The translations under genes were made by a program, and so were the position numbers. DNA of 64,000 bases from Candidatus Lustribacter sp. (GTDB lineage: Bacteria > Vulcanimicrobiota > Vulcanimicrobiia > Vulcanimicrobiales > Vulcanimicrobiaceae). The stretch lies in contig OZ255842.1 of NCBI GenBank assembly GCA_965277805.1, positions 576,001 to 640,000 of the forward strand, read 5' to 3'. This document shows positions 37,015-46,259 of the stretch, piece after piece. The first letter of the stretch is position 1, and the number at the start of each line of letters is the position of its first letter. Below the pieces are notes generated by a model. The model did not search any database. It saw only the letters and a list, made by a program, of their open reading frames with translations, and had not been told where the DNA came from.

Positions 37015-37074
37015 CGTTGACATTTGTTATCAAATGCGACGTGAACGGCGATCGAACGTTGACTTTTGTTACTA
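37015..37074. promoter_or_regulatory. Tandem FNR-like sites C and D
   Basis: CGTTGACATTTGTTATCA (37015) and CGTTGACTTTTGTTACTA (37057), 42 bp apart. Confidence 0.6.
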
Positions 37075-37230
37075 GAAAAAAATTTCGTCTGAAAACGCCC
37101 TAGGTCAAGGATTCAAATCTGGGAACTAGCGGGGTAAGGCGCTGTTGCAGGTGGCGAAATGCTTGTCGGCTCGGACAAGATCGAACGTGCTTGCGATGTG
37201 ACCTTGCAAGTAGACGAAGGAGTACTGAAC

Positions 37231-37818
37231 ATGCACGTTTCGCGACACGTCCTGGGACTAACTCGCAAGCTATCTCTCGTGTCAGCCATCATTGCCGCGT
37301 GCGTCGTGCCCGCGGTAGCACAAACGAACCCCGGTACGACGCAAATGTCGCCTGCCGAGCGGGCATTCGTTACCAACATGCTGCAAATATCGCGCGGGCA
37401 AATCGCGCTGGCGACGCTTGCTCAGCAGCGTATGAACGACTCATCCGCGGCGGTTTCTTTCGACGAAACGGCCAGTGAATGGTATGCGTTCCGTTCGCAC
37501 CTTGCAACGCTTGCTGCAGCGGTAGGAGCTCCGTCTCCCGTTGCCCTCAGCGCAGCGCAACAGGCGATGCTCGCGCAGCTGCAAAGCGCGCCGAGATCGA
37601 GAGTCATCGGTCTATGGGTGAAGCTCGAGCGGCAAGGCGATCAGGCCGCGCTTGCGCAGATCCGCGCGCAACACGTCGCGGCTAATTCGCCGGTCGGGCA
37701 ATTCATCGCGTACGCGTCGCCTGAGTTAACGACCTACGACCAGGCGGGGTACGATCACGTTATGACTGCCCAGAGCGTGAGCCCGATGGTGCGGGCCGGA
37801 GCGTATAGCTGGAAGTAG
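37231..37818 (+). CDS. Secreted DUF4142-like helical protein
   Basis: AAGGAG RBS, signal peptide ending AVA-Q, SPAERAFV...QIALATLAQQR pattern. Confidence 0.65.
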   Translation: MHVSRHVLGLTRKLSLVSAIIAACVVPAVAQTNPGTTQMSPAERAFVTNMLQISRGQIALATLAQQRMNDSSAAVSFDETASEWYAFRSHLATLAAAVGAPSPVALSAAQQAMLAQLQSAPRSRVIGLWVKLERQGDQAALAQIRAQHVAANSPVGQFIAYASPELTTYDQAGYDHVMTAQSVSPMVRAGAYSWK

Positions 37819-37849
37819 CTCGCGCGGCCAAGCTGCATACCGGCGTGAA

Positions 37850-37875
37850 GAAGGCCTCAGTCGACTGAGGCCTTC
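37850..37875. terminator. Hairpin between convergent genes
   Basis: Perfect palindrome GAAGGCCTCAG-TCGA-CTGAGGCCTTC. Confidence 0.75.
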
Positions 37876-37881
37876 GCTCTT

Positions 37882-38850
37882 TTATGATGCGGGGAACGCA
37901 CTGTATTCCTCGAGCGTGACCGGACGCTGCAGGGCTCCGTACTTCGCCGCAACGGTGAGGATCGGCTCGACGTAGCGCCGCTCGAACGTCGTTGCGAAAT
38001 AGAGCCGCTTCATCTGCGCGATGGCAGCCAGATCCATCTTCGATGCCTTCGCGAGCATCGGCGCCGACTCGGCGGTGTGTGTGTTGGCCCACTTCGCCGT
38101 GGCATAGATGCCGGCAACGAGTTTTTTCGCGAGATCGGGATTCTTTTGCAGCCATGCTTTGGTCGTGAACCACACGACGACCGCGATCTCCGGTCCGACC
38201 GCGAGATAGGTGTCGCCGAAGTCGCGGATCTGTCCGGCCTTCACCGCATCGGACTTGAACGGTTCGGTGATGAAGCTCGCTTGCACGAGCCCGCGCTGCA
38301 GCGCGCCGCCGACCTGTCCGAACGGCAGTTCGACGAATTTCACGCTCTCGCGCGAAACGCCGTTGATGTCGAGCCACGCCAACAGGCTGATGTGGTTGAA
38401 GTCACCGAGCGAACCGACGCCGAACGTGGCGCCGGTCAAATCCTTGGGCCTCTTGAACGGCGAGTCTTTGGCGATGACGAGATTTGCGTTGGCGTCGCGA
38501 CGCGAGTAGAGCACGGCCGGTGCGATCATCTGCAGCGGGAGACCGCGCGCGATCGCCGCGGCGACCGTCATCGGATTTGCTTCACCCACATCCAGGTCAC
38601 CGCCCAGAACCCCGTTGAGAATGGTCGCACCGCTCGGCAGCAGCGTGACGGCCGGCGTGATGCCGTTCGCGGCGAAGATTCCGGAATCGGTGCCGTAGAA
38701 CGCCTCGCCCGTCGCGTCGAGCGCTTGCGCGCCGATCTTTACGACGGGCGGAGCGGTTTGCGCGAGCACGGGTCGCGCGGCAGCCGCAACGGCGGCGCCG
38801 GCAATGAGCGAGAGGGCAGTGGTACGGGTAGGCATCGCGAATTTTTTCAC
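37882..38850 (-). CDS. ABC solute-binding protein, NitT/TauT-like
   Basis: Paralog of 19062-20027 (ITEPFK, AGQIRDFGDTYL, IYATAKWANTHT, MKRLYFAT). Confidence 0.85.
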   Translation of the reverse strand: MKKFAMPTRTTALSLIAGAAVAAAARPVLAQTAPPVVKIGAQALDATGEAFYGTDSGIFAANGITPAVTLLPSGATILNGVLGGDLDVGEANPMTVAAAIARGLPLQMIAPAVLYSRRDANANLVIAKDSPFKRPKDLTGATFGVGSLGDFNHISLLAWLDINGVSRESVKFVELPFGQVGGALQRGLVQASFITEPFKSDAVKAGQIRDFGDTYLAVGPEIAVVVWFTTKAWLQKNPDLAKKLVAGIYATAKWANTHTAESAPMLAKASKMDLAAIAQMKRLYFATTFERRYVEPILTVAAKYGALQRPVTLEEYSAFPAS

Positions 38851-38874
38851 GCGAAGCTAACAAACTCCGCTACA

Positions 38875-39864
38875 TCAAAGTTTGAGCAGCCGGTCGGCGT
38901 TGCCGTGGGCGATCTTTATTTTGTCGTCGGGGCTCACCGGCAGTGAATCGAGGAACGCCGCGCCGATCGCGTTGCTCGCGAACGGATAGTCGACGGAGAA
39001 GAGGATGCGGTCGGCGCCGAACGTGAGGAGCGCGCCGAGAAACGGCGGCACCGTAAACCAGCCGCTCGTCGTTATCCACACCTGATCGAGGATCGTGCGG
39101 CTGACCGAGCGCGATAGCCCGGTCATCTTCTCGGGCAGCGTGTCGTCGCAGCGCGCGAGCGCGGCCGGTAAGCCTTCGCCCATGTGTCCGATGATGATCT
39201 TCAGCTTGGGATGACGGTCGAACGTACCCGCGAGCACCATGCGGAGCACGTGCACGGCGGTTTCGGCATGCCAGCCCCAGCCGGATGTTGCGAAGAAGTT
39301 CGAAACGGCGGGGCTGAAGCCGTCGTAGTAGGCGGCGCGTACGCTTTCGGGCGGCAGGCCGGGGTGGATGTAGATCGGGACGTCGAGGGTTTCGGCGCGC
39401 GCGAGAATCGGCGCGAACATCGGATCGTCGAGGAACTTCCCGTCGGTCGTGCCGCTAACGAGCGCGCCGCGCAGGCCGCACTCGCGCACGGCACGTTCGA
39501 GTTCGTCGGCCGCCGCCTCGGGTGCCGTCAGCGATAGATGCGCGAACGACGCATAGCGTTCGGGGCGTGCGCGCACGACGCCGGCCAGCGCATCGTTGTA
39601 GCGCTTGGCGAACGCGGGCGCCGCATCGGGCGGCAACAGCGCCGCGCCGAGACCGGGCACCGACAGCACCTGGACGCTGATGCCGCTTTCGTCCATCGAT
39701 GCGATCCGCATGTCGTCGACGTCTTCGAGTTCGGCCTTGACGCGAACCGCGCCGCCGCGATGATCGCGGGAGGCGTACGGACTCGACGCGAGCTCCGCGG
39801 CAAACGCCGGCAGCGAAACATGTTCTTCGAGAGCAACGACGCGCATGCGGACCGGTTCAAGCAT
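38875..39864 (-). CDS. Amidohydrolase_2 family, aromatic acid decarboxylase-like
   Basis: ALEEH, PIYIHP, WGWHAET, IGHMGEGLP, ITTSG, FSVDYPF. Confidence 0.9.
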   Translation of the reverse strand: MLEPVRMRVVALEEHVSLPAFAAELASSPYASRDHRGGAVRVKAELEDVDDMRIASMDESGISVQVLSVPGLGAALLPPDAAPAFAKRYNDALAGVVRARPERYASFAHLSLTAPEAAADELERAVRECGLRGALVSGTTDGKFLDDPMFAPILARAETLDVPIYIHPGLPPESVRAAYYDGFSPAVSNFFATSGWGWHAETAVHVLRMVLAGTFDRHPKLKIIIGHMGEGLPAALARCDDTLPEKMTGLSRSVSRTILDQVWITTSGWFTVPPFLGALLTFGADRILFSVDYPFASNAIGAAFLDSLPVSPDDKIKIAHGNADRLLKL

Positions 39865-39897
39865 GAAAAGCCCAACCCTGCGCTAAAATACGCGGGC

Positions 39898-41076
39898 ATG
39901 AATCTCGTCCATCGAATCGCGGCTGCCGTTCTGTGCGCAGCCTGGCTTGCTACGCTCGCACCGCCTGCAACTGCTGCGCCCGAACCCTACGAGATCAACG
40001 CGATCCTGTCGCTGACCGGTAATCTGGCATTCGTGGGTGCGGATCAGCAGCAAGCGCTCAAAGCGCTCGAAGGATTCGTCAACAAAAACGGCGGCATTGC
40101 GGGCCGGCCGCTGTCCTTCGTCATCGCCGACGATCAGTCCGATGTGAAGACATCGCTGCAACTGGCGCAAGGCTTGATTTCGAAAAAAGTGCCGATCATT
40201 CTCGGCCCGTCGAGCCCGCAAGCGTGCGCCGCGATCGCGCCGCTGCTCACCAACGGACCCGTGCTGTACTGCATCGCGAACGCCGGCTATCCGGTGACGG
40301 GCGGTTACGAATTCCTGACGCTCTTCGGATTCGATGTGCAGTTCGCGGTGACGCTGCGGTATTTCCGCATGCTCGGCTTGCACAAGCTGGCGTACATCAC
40401 CGCGACCGACGCGGGTGGTTTGGATGCCGAACGCGCGATTCTCGCCGCCGCGGCGTTGCCCGAGAACAAAGACATTCAGATCGTGGCGCGCGAGCACTTC
40501 GGCCAAGGCGACCTGAGCACGACCGCGCAGATGGCGCGCATCAAAGCGGCCAATCCCGACTTCATGATCGCGTGGGCGACCGGGACGCCGGCCGGCACGA
40601 TGTTCCGCAGCGCAAAGGACATCGGCGGCCTCGATCTGCCGATCACGACCTCACCCGGCAACCTCAACGCGGCGTTCTTCAAACAGTACGGTTCGCTTTT
40701 GCCGAGCAACCTGTACTTCGCGACGGTACCGTACTACGCGAACAACGCATTGCTCAACCCCGCGGTGAAGACCGCGATCGCGAACCAAACCGCGGCCCTT
40801 GCCGCCATCGGCGTCAAGCCGGACGGCCTTGCGATCGGCGCGTGGGACCCGGCCGTGTTGCTCGTCGATGCGTTGCGTAAGCTCGGCCCCGATGCCTCCG
40901 CGGCCAAGCTGCACGACTACCTCATCAACCTGCGCGGCTGGGTTGGAGTGAACGGCACCTACGACTTCCGCGCGAACCCGCAGCGCGGGCTCGGGCAAAA
41001 CAACGTCATCATGGTGAAGTTCACGAGCAGCGGCAACGTGGCCGCCAGCAAGTTCGGCGGCGTGCCGCTACGCTAG
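39898..41076 (+). CDS. Branched-chain amino acid type ABC solute-binding protein
   Basis: Signal peptide, SLTGNLAF.G, NKNGGIAGRPL, DDQSD, GVNGTYDF. Confidence 0.88.
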   Translation: MNLVHRIAAAVLCAAWLATLAPPATAAPEPYEINAILSLTGNLAFVGADQQQALKALEGFVNKNGGIAGRPLSFVIADDQSDVKTSLQLAQGLISKKVPIILGPSSPQACAAIAPLLTNGPVLYCIANAGYPVTGGYEFLTLFGFDVQFAVTLRYFRMLGLHKLAYITATDAGGLDAERAILAAAALPENKDIQIVAREHFGQGDLSTTAQMARIKAANPDFMIAWATGTPAGTMFRSAKDIGGLDLPITTSPGNLNAAFFKQYGSLLPSNLYFATVPYYANNALLNPAVKTAIANQTAALAAIGVKPDGLAIGAWDPAVLLVDALRKLGPDASAAKLHDYLINLRGWVGVNGTYDFRANPQRGLGQNNVIMVKFTSSGNVAASKFGGVPLR

Positions 41077-42828
41077 CGGCCCCGGGTTCTTGACGTACTT
41101 GTTTACGACCGCGTCCGCCATATGATAGGCGAGCGCGCCGACCGTTCCGGTCGGATTGTAGCCGGCGTTTTGCGGAAACGAACTCGCGCCGGTCACGAAC
41201 ACGTTTGAGACGTCCCACGTCTGACCGTACTTGTTGAGCACGCTCTGCGTGGGATCGCTGCCCATGATCGCGCCGCCGGTGTTGTGCGTGCTCTGATAGG
41301 GCACGACGCTATAGTGCGCTGCGAGCTGATTGATCACCGACTTGCTCGCGCCGGAAGCCTTCGCGATCTTCGCTAAGATGCCGGCCATGAAGGCCGACTG
41401 CTTATGCTCGTGCGGACCCCAATCGAAGGTCATGCGCAAGAGCGGCTGACCGTAGATATCTTTGTAGGTTGGATCGAGGTCGAGGTAATTGCCGCGATAG
41501 GCCTGCACGCCGCCCTGGGCGTTCATGCCGAACGCGCGATTGTAGTAGTGCGCAACGGTCTGTTTCCACTTCGCGCCCCAGCGCGGCGTACCGGGCGGCA
41601 CCGGGTGGAAGAGCACCGGCCGGCCGCCGTTCGTGTTCTGGCTAATGTCGGCGCCGCCGATGAAGCCGTAGGGGCTATGGTCGAAGTTGTCGCCGTTGAA
41701 GTCGTCGATCACGGTTCCGAGCGCGCCCGAACCCATGAACATGTTGAACACTTTGCCTTCGTCGAAGAAGAGCGTGCCGTTCGTGCCGGTCTGATAAGCG
41801 TAGTTTTTGCCGACGACACCGGTGTTCGTGACCGGATCGTACGGTTTGCCGATGCCGGAAAGCAGCAGCATGTGCACGTTGTTGAACGCGAAGGCGGTGA
41901 CGAAGATCATCGCGGCGGGCTGCGTCTGCTCGCGGCCTTGCGCGTCGAGATAGGTGACGCTGACGGCTTTCTTCTTCGAGCTGTCGAGGTTGATCCGAAG
42001 TACTTTGGAATTCGTGCGCAGCTCGAAGTTCGGCGACTTTCGCAGACTCGGCAAGAGCGTGGTCTGCATGCTCGCCTTCGCGCCCATCTCGCACGAGAAA
42101 CGCTCGCAGTAGCCGCAGTAGACGCAGAGCCCGAGCTGGTTGCCCTCGGGGTTCGTGTAGGGTTGCGATGAATTCGCCGACGGCTGCGGGAAGGTATGGT
42201 AGCCGAGCGACGTGCATGCATCGCCGAAGACCTTCATCGCATAGCTCTGCTTTTGCGGCGGGCTCGGGTACTCGCGCGAACGCGGGCCTTCGAACACGTT
42301 GCCGCCCGGAATGATCTTGCCGCGCAGGTTGCCGGCCTTGCCGGCGATGCCCGCGAGGTACTCGAACTTATCGTAATACGGCTCGAGCTCGTCGTACGTG
42401 ATGCCCCAGTCGGCCGACGTGCAATCCTCGCCCATGATCCCCGCACCGTAGCGCGCGATCGAACGGCTGCGCGTCTCGAAATCCCACGGCAAGAAACGCC
42501 AGGTCACGCCGTTCCAGTGCACGCCGGCGCCGCCGAGACCGTCGCCCGGCAAGAACGAACCCCACTGGCGCACCGGCAGCGCGGTCTCCGAGCGGTTGTG
42601 CCGGAACGTCAGCGTTTCTTTCGAGGCGTCTTGGAGCAGCTTGTAGCGGATGGCGTACGCCAGTTCGTCGTGCACGGCGGGGATCGCGAAATCCGGATCC
42701 GTATCGCGGTACTCACCGCGTTCGAGGCCGACGACCGTGTGCCCGGCCTTGGTGAGTTCGTTCGCGATGATGCCGCCGGTCCAACCGAATCCGATCGTTA
42801 CGGCGTCGACGGGTTTCAGCACGGCCAT
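41068..42828 (-). CDS. GMC oxidoreductase, gluconate 2-dehydrogenase flavoprotein-like
   Basis: GFGWTG, GGAGVHWNG, Cys cluster CVYCGYCERFSC, YQSTHNTGG, GYNPTGT. Confidence 0.9.
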   Translation of the reverse strand: MAVLKPVDAVTIGFGWTGGIIANELTKAGHTVVGLERGEYRDTDPDFAIPAVHDELAYAIRYKLLQDASKETLTFRHNRSETALPVRQWGSFLPGDGLGGAGVHWNGVTWRFLPWDFETRSRSIARYGAGIMGEDCTSADWGITYDELEPYYDKFEYLAGIAGKAGNLRGKIIPGGNVFEGPRSREYPSPPQKQSYAMKVFGDACTSLGYHTFPQPSANSSQPYTNPEGNQLGLCVYCGYCERFSCEMGAKASMQTTLLPSLRKSPNFELRTNSKVLRINLDSSKKKAVSVTYLDAQGREQTQPAAMIFVTAFAFNNVHMLLLSGIGKPYDPVTNTGVVGKNYAYQTGTNGTLFFDEGKVFNMFMGSGALGTVIDDFNGDNFDHSPYGFIGGADISQNTNGGRPVLFHPVPPGTPRWGAKWKQTVAHYYNRAFGMNAQGGVQAYRGNYLDLDPTYKDIYGQPLLRMTFDWGPHEHKQSAFMAGILAKIAKASGASKSVINQLAAHYSVVPYQSTHNTGGAIMGSDPTQSVLNKYGQTWDVSNVFVTGASSFPQNAGYNPTGTVGALAYHMADAVVNKYVKNPGPLA

Positions 42829-42830
42829 GA

Positions 42831-43628
42831 CTAGCGCACCCCCAGCGCTTTTTTCGCCAGCGCAACGTGGGTGTCCATATCGCTCATGCCGGACATGGCG
42901 GTTTCTTCCGAATGCTGCAAGTCGGCGATGCTCTGCGGTTGCACTTTGTACGGCACGTTGTGTTTCTCGACGAACGGATAGTACGCGGCTGCGGCGCCGG
43001 GGAAGCCGATCAGTTTCCAGCCGGCTTTGTTGCGATTGCCGCCATAGAGCGGATCGGCCCAGAAGCCCTCGATCGTGTTCGCGTAGAGCATCTCGAAGAA
43101 CGTTTTGGCCGGCACGGCATCGAAGCTGAGCTTGGCACCGTCGAGCGCCGTTAGGACGTCATCTTGGTGCGCGGCGGAAAGTTTATCGAACGTTTTGCCG
43201 TACGTCTTTTCGCAGTACGCGTTCGTTGCTGCGATGCCGAGGCGATACACTTGCTGCGGCGTGAGCGGCAGCTGGTATCCAAAGTCCGCCGGCGCGTCGG
43301 ATTGCCACGGTCCCGAGCGGTACATCTTGGCCGCGTAACCGAACTGCCCGCTGAGCTGCTGATCGATGTAGAACGCAACTCCCGCTTCGCGCCCGCCGGG
43401 CCCGAGCTCGTCCGTCGGAATCAATCGTTCGACCGCCGCTTCGACGAACGCCGATTCCGGCGAGGTGAGAAACGTGTACGCTTCGGGCTCGCTGCCGAGC
43501 GACGGCACGGGCGCCGGATGCTTCGGAACCGTCGCCGCCTCCGTTGCGGTTGTCGCCGGTATGGTCTCCGCAGCCACCACGGTCCCGACGAGTGCGACAA
43601 AGTCTTTCCGGCTAACGTGGTCCGGCAT
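42831..43628 (-). CDS. Gluconate 2-dehydrogenase subunit 3 (gamma) family
   Basis: Tat-like SRKDF, RLIPTDELGPG, EGFWADPLYGGN..GWKLIGFPG; GGAGG RBS. Confidence 0.9.
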   Translation of the reverse strand: MPDHVSRKDFVALVGTVVAAETIPATTATEAATVPKHPAPVPSLGSEPEAYTFLTSPESAFVEAAVERLIPTDELGPGGREAGVAFYIDQQLSGQFGYAAKMYRSGPWQSDAPADFGYQLPLTPQQVYRLGIAATNAYCEKTYGKTFDKLSAAHQDDVLTALDGAKLSFDAVPAKTFFEMLYANTIEGFWADPLYGGNRNKAGWKLIGFPGAAAAYYPFVEKHNVPYKVQPQSIADLQHSEETAMSGMSDMDTHVALAKKALGVR

Positions 43629-43700
43629 ACGGCGTCCTCCGCAACTGGTTGAAAGCTCTCCGGGCCAGGTTACCACCGCGGCGCCGTGAAGGCTAGTCCT

Positions 43701-43790
43701 ATGTTTCGGCGTCGCGCAGCCGTGACCGGCTACGATCCGAAGATCCTCACCCCCACCCTCGACCCCGACGAACTCGTAACGAAACTCTGA
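43701..43790 (+). CDS. Candidate 29-aa small ORF upstream of pirin
   Basis: MFRRRAAVTGYDPKILTPTLDPDELVTKL; its stop codon overlaps the GAGGT RBS of the pirin gene. Confidence 0.35.
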   Translation: MFRRRAAVTGYDPKILTPTLDPDELVTKL

Positions 43791-43797
43791 GGTCAAG

Positions 43798-44577
43798 ATG
43801 AGCGAACCCATGGTCCTGCCCCAACCCGTGTTCGACGTTCAACGAGCGGCGGAACGCGCGTCGTTCGATTTCGGCTGGCTGCGCACGAGCCACTCGTTCA
43901 GCTTTGCCGATTATTACGATCCGCGCAACGTGAACTGGGGCGCGCTGCGCGTGTTCAACGACGATCGCGTCGAAGGCGGCAAGGGCTTCGGCACCCATCC
44001 GCATCGCGATATGGAAATCGTGACCTACGTGCTCTCGGGCCGGCTCGAGCATCGCGACAGCATCGGCAGCCACGGCGTCGTCGGTCCGGGCGGCGTGCAG
44101 TTCATGAGCGCCGGCACCGGGATCCAGCACTCGGAATTCAACCACTCGCCAACCGAGGAATTGCACTTCTTGCAGATGTGGGTGCTGCCGGGCACGTTGG
44201 GCGTGAAGCCGCAATACGGCCAGATGGAATTCGGCTCCGAGGAGCGGCACGACACCTGGCTGCTCGTTGCGTCCGGCCAGCCCGGCCTCAGCGCGCCGGT
44301 TGCGCTCACGCAAGACGCGTCGTTCCGGGTGAGCCGTCTCTCCGACCACACGCTGCGCCACACATTCGATCCCGGACGGTTGGGCTTTTTCTTCGTTGCG
44401 TCGGGAACGATTGCGGCATCCGCGTTCGACAGCAGCGATGCCCCGGTCGGAACGCCGGTCGTGCTTCGCGACGGCGATGCCGTGCGGATCGCGGGGGTGA
44501 CGCGCTTTGAAATCAGCGGCGATGGTGAGGTCGCGCTGTGGGACGTGCCGCGGCCGCCCGACGGAGCGAACGACTAG
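43798..44577 (+). CDS. Pirin family protein
   Basis: HSFSFADYYDP, GFGTHPHRDMEI, MSAGTGIQHSE, LQMW. Confidence 0.95.
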   Translation: MSEPMVLPQPVFDVQRAAERASFDFGWLRTSHSFSFADYYDPRNVNWGALRVFNDDRVEGGKGFGTHPHRDMEIVTYVLSGRLEHRDSIGSHGVVGPGGVQFMSAGTGIQHSEFNHSPTEELHFLQMWVLPGTLGVKPQYGQMEFGSEERHDTWLLVASGQPGLSAPVALTQDASFRVSRLSDHTLRHTFDPGRLGFFFVASGTIAASAFDSSDAPVGTPVVLRDGDAVRIAGVTRFEISGDGEVALWDVPRPPDGAND

Positions 44578-44582
44578 CGCGT

Positions 44583-46226
44583 ATGGTCCAGCCCGAAGAA
44601 TTGATGAACGTGCCGCTCTTTGCGGCGATGGCACCGGAGTTGCGCGCGCGCATCGCATCGCGTTCAGCCGACCTCTACGTGGACAAAGACGAGTGGCTCG
44701 TGCACGAAGGCAGCGCACCGTACTTCTGGACCGTGCTCGAGGGCCAGGTCGAGGTGGTGAAGCGCGTCGGCGGCGTGTGGAGTCAGATCACCTACTTCGA
44801 GCCGGGCGAGTACTTCGGCGAGACGCCGCTGATGCTGGGCTCGGACTCATATGCTGCCGTGCGCGCGCTGACCCCGGCGCGTTTGATGCGCACCGATCCG
44901 GCCGACTTTCACCTCATGCTGACGGCGTCGACCGAAGCGGGTGCCGACGTCGCGCGCACGGTGGTTCGCCGCATCGACGCGCGGCGCGAGTTCTACGTCA
45001 ACTCATCCATGACCGAAGCCGCGATCGTCGGCGATCGCTATGATCTCGCCTGTCACGACATTCGCGACTTCCTCTCGCGCAATCAGATCGCGTACGAATG
45101 GCTCGACCCGAGCGATCCCGGCGATGCGGGCAGCATGCCGCCGGCCGCGCGCGACGCCTCGCGCTTTCCGGTCGTCATTCTGGCAAACGGCACGCGGCTC
45201 GAGCAGCCGACGCCGCGGGAGTTAGCTGAAGGGCTCAAGCTGCAAACGATGCCGAGCGTCGCGGCGTACGACGTCGCGATCATCGGCGGCGGCCCGGCGG
45301 GCCTCGCCGCAGCCGTCTACGGCGGGTCCGAAGGTCTCTGCACGATCATGATCGAGCGCGAGGCGCCCGGCGGTCAGGCCGGAACGTCGTCGCGCATCGA
45401 AAATTATCTGGGCTTTCCGGCTGGGATCTCCGGCGATGACTTGGCAAACCGCGCGCTGCAGCAAGCGAAGCGGTTCGAAGCCGAGATTCTCGTGACGCGC
45501 AACGTCACCGGGATCGAGTCGAAGGACGGCTGTCACACGATCGCGCTCGACGGCGGCGATCGGATGGAGGCGCGCGCGATCGTCATCGCGACCGGCGTTT
45601 CGTGGCGCACCCTCGACGCGGACGGCGCCGCTGATCTCGTCGGGCGCGGCGTCTACTACGGCGCCGCGCAAACCGAAGCGCTCGGCATGCGCGGCAAAGA
45701 CGTGTTCCTGATCGGCGGCGGCAATTCGGCCGGGCAGGCTGCGATGTTCTTCGCCAACTACGCGCGCAGCGCGACGCTGCTGGTGCGTGGTTCGTCGCTC
45801 GAGAAGAGCATGTCGTCGTATTTGATCAAGCAACTCGCGACCAAGCACAACATCAGCGTCGAAACGCGAACGGTTGTAGCGGCGGTGAGCGGGACCGCGC
45901 ACATCGAGACGATCACGACCCGGGTTGAGCCGGACGGGAACACGCAGACGCGTCGCGCCGACGGTTTGTTCGTATTCATCGGCGCGGATGCCGAAACGGG
46001 GTGGATCCCGGAGGTGCTCGACCGCGATTCGCGCGGCTATCTCAAGACCGGGCGCGATCTCGATACCTGGCCGCTTGCGCGTCCGCCCTATCCGCTCGAG
46101 ACGAGCGTCCCGGGGATCTTTGCCGCCGGCGACGTGCGCAGCGCGTCGGTGAAACGCGTCGCCTCGAGCGTCGGCGAGGGCAGCATGGTCATTGCGTTCA
46201 TCCACGAGTACCTCGCCGCGCTCTAG
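44583..46226 (+). CDS. cNMP-binding domain / thioredoxin reductase-like FAD oxidoreductase fusion
   Basis: N-terminal cNMP domain (GEYFGE), GGGPAG, GGQAGTSSRIENYLGFP, GGGNSAG, FAAGDV; the CxxC site reads YYGA. Confidence 0.9.
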   Translation: MVQPEELMNVPLFAAMAPELRARIASRSADLYVDKDEWLVHEGSAPYFWTVLEGQVEVVKRVGGVWSQITYFEPGEYFGETPLMLGSDSYAAVRALTPARLMRTDPADFHLMLTASTEAGADVARTVVRRIDARREFYVNSSMTEAAIVGDRYDLACHDIRDFLSRNQIAYEWLDPSDPGDAGSMPPAARDASRFPVVILANGTRLEQPTPRELAEGLKLQTMPSVAAYDVAIIGGGPAGLAAAVYGGSEGLCTIMIEREAPGGQAGTSSRIENYLGFPAGISGDDLANRALQQAKRFEAEILVTRNVTGIESKDGCHTIALDGGDRMEARAIVIATGVSWRTLDADGAADLVGRGVYYGAAQTEALGMRGKDVFLIGGGNSAGQAAMFFANYARSATLLVRGSSLEKSMSSYLIKQLATKHNISVETRTVVAAVSGTAHIETITTRVEPDGNTQTRRADGLFVFIGADAETGWIPEVLDRDSRGYLKTGRDLDTWPLARPPYPLETSVPGIFAAGDVRSASVKRVASSVGEGSMVIAFIHEYLAAL

Positions 46227-46259
46227 GACGATTGCCCGCCGCGCCGGCAGCGCGTCCCG

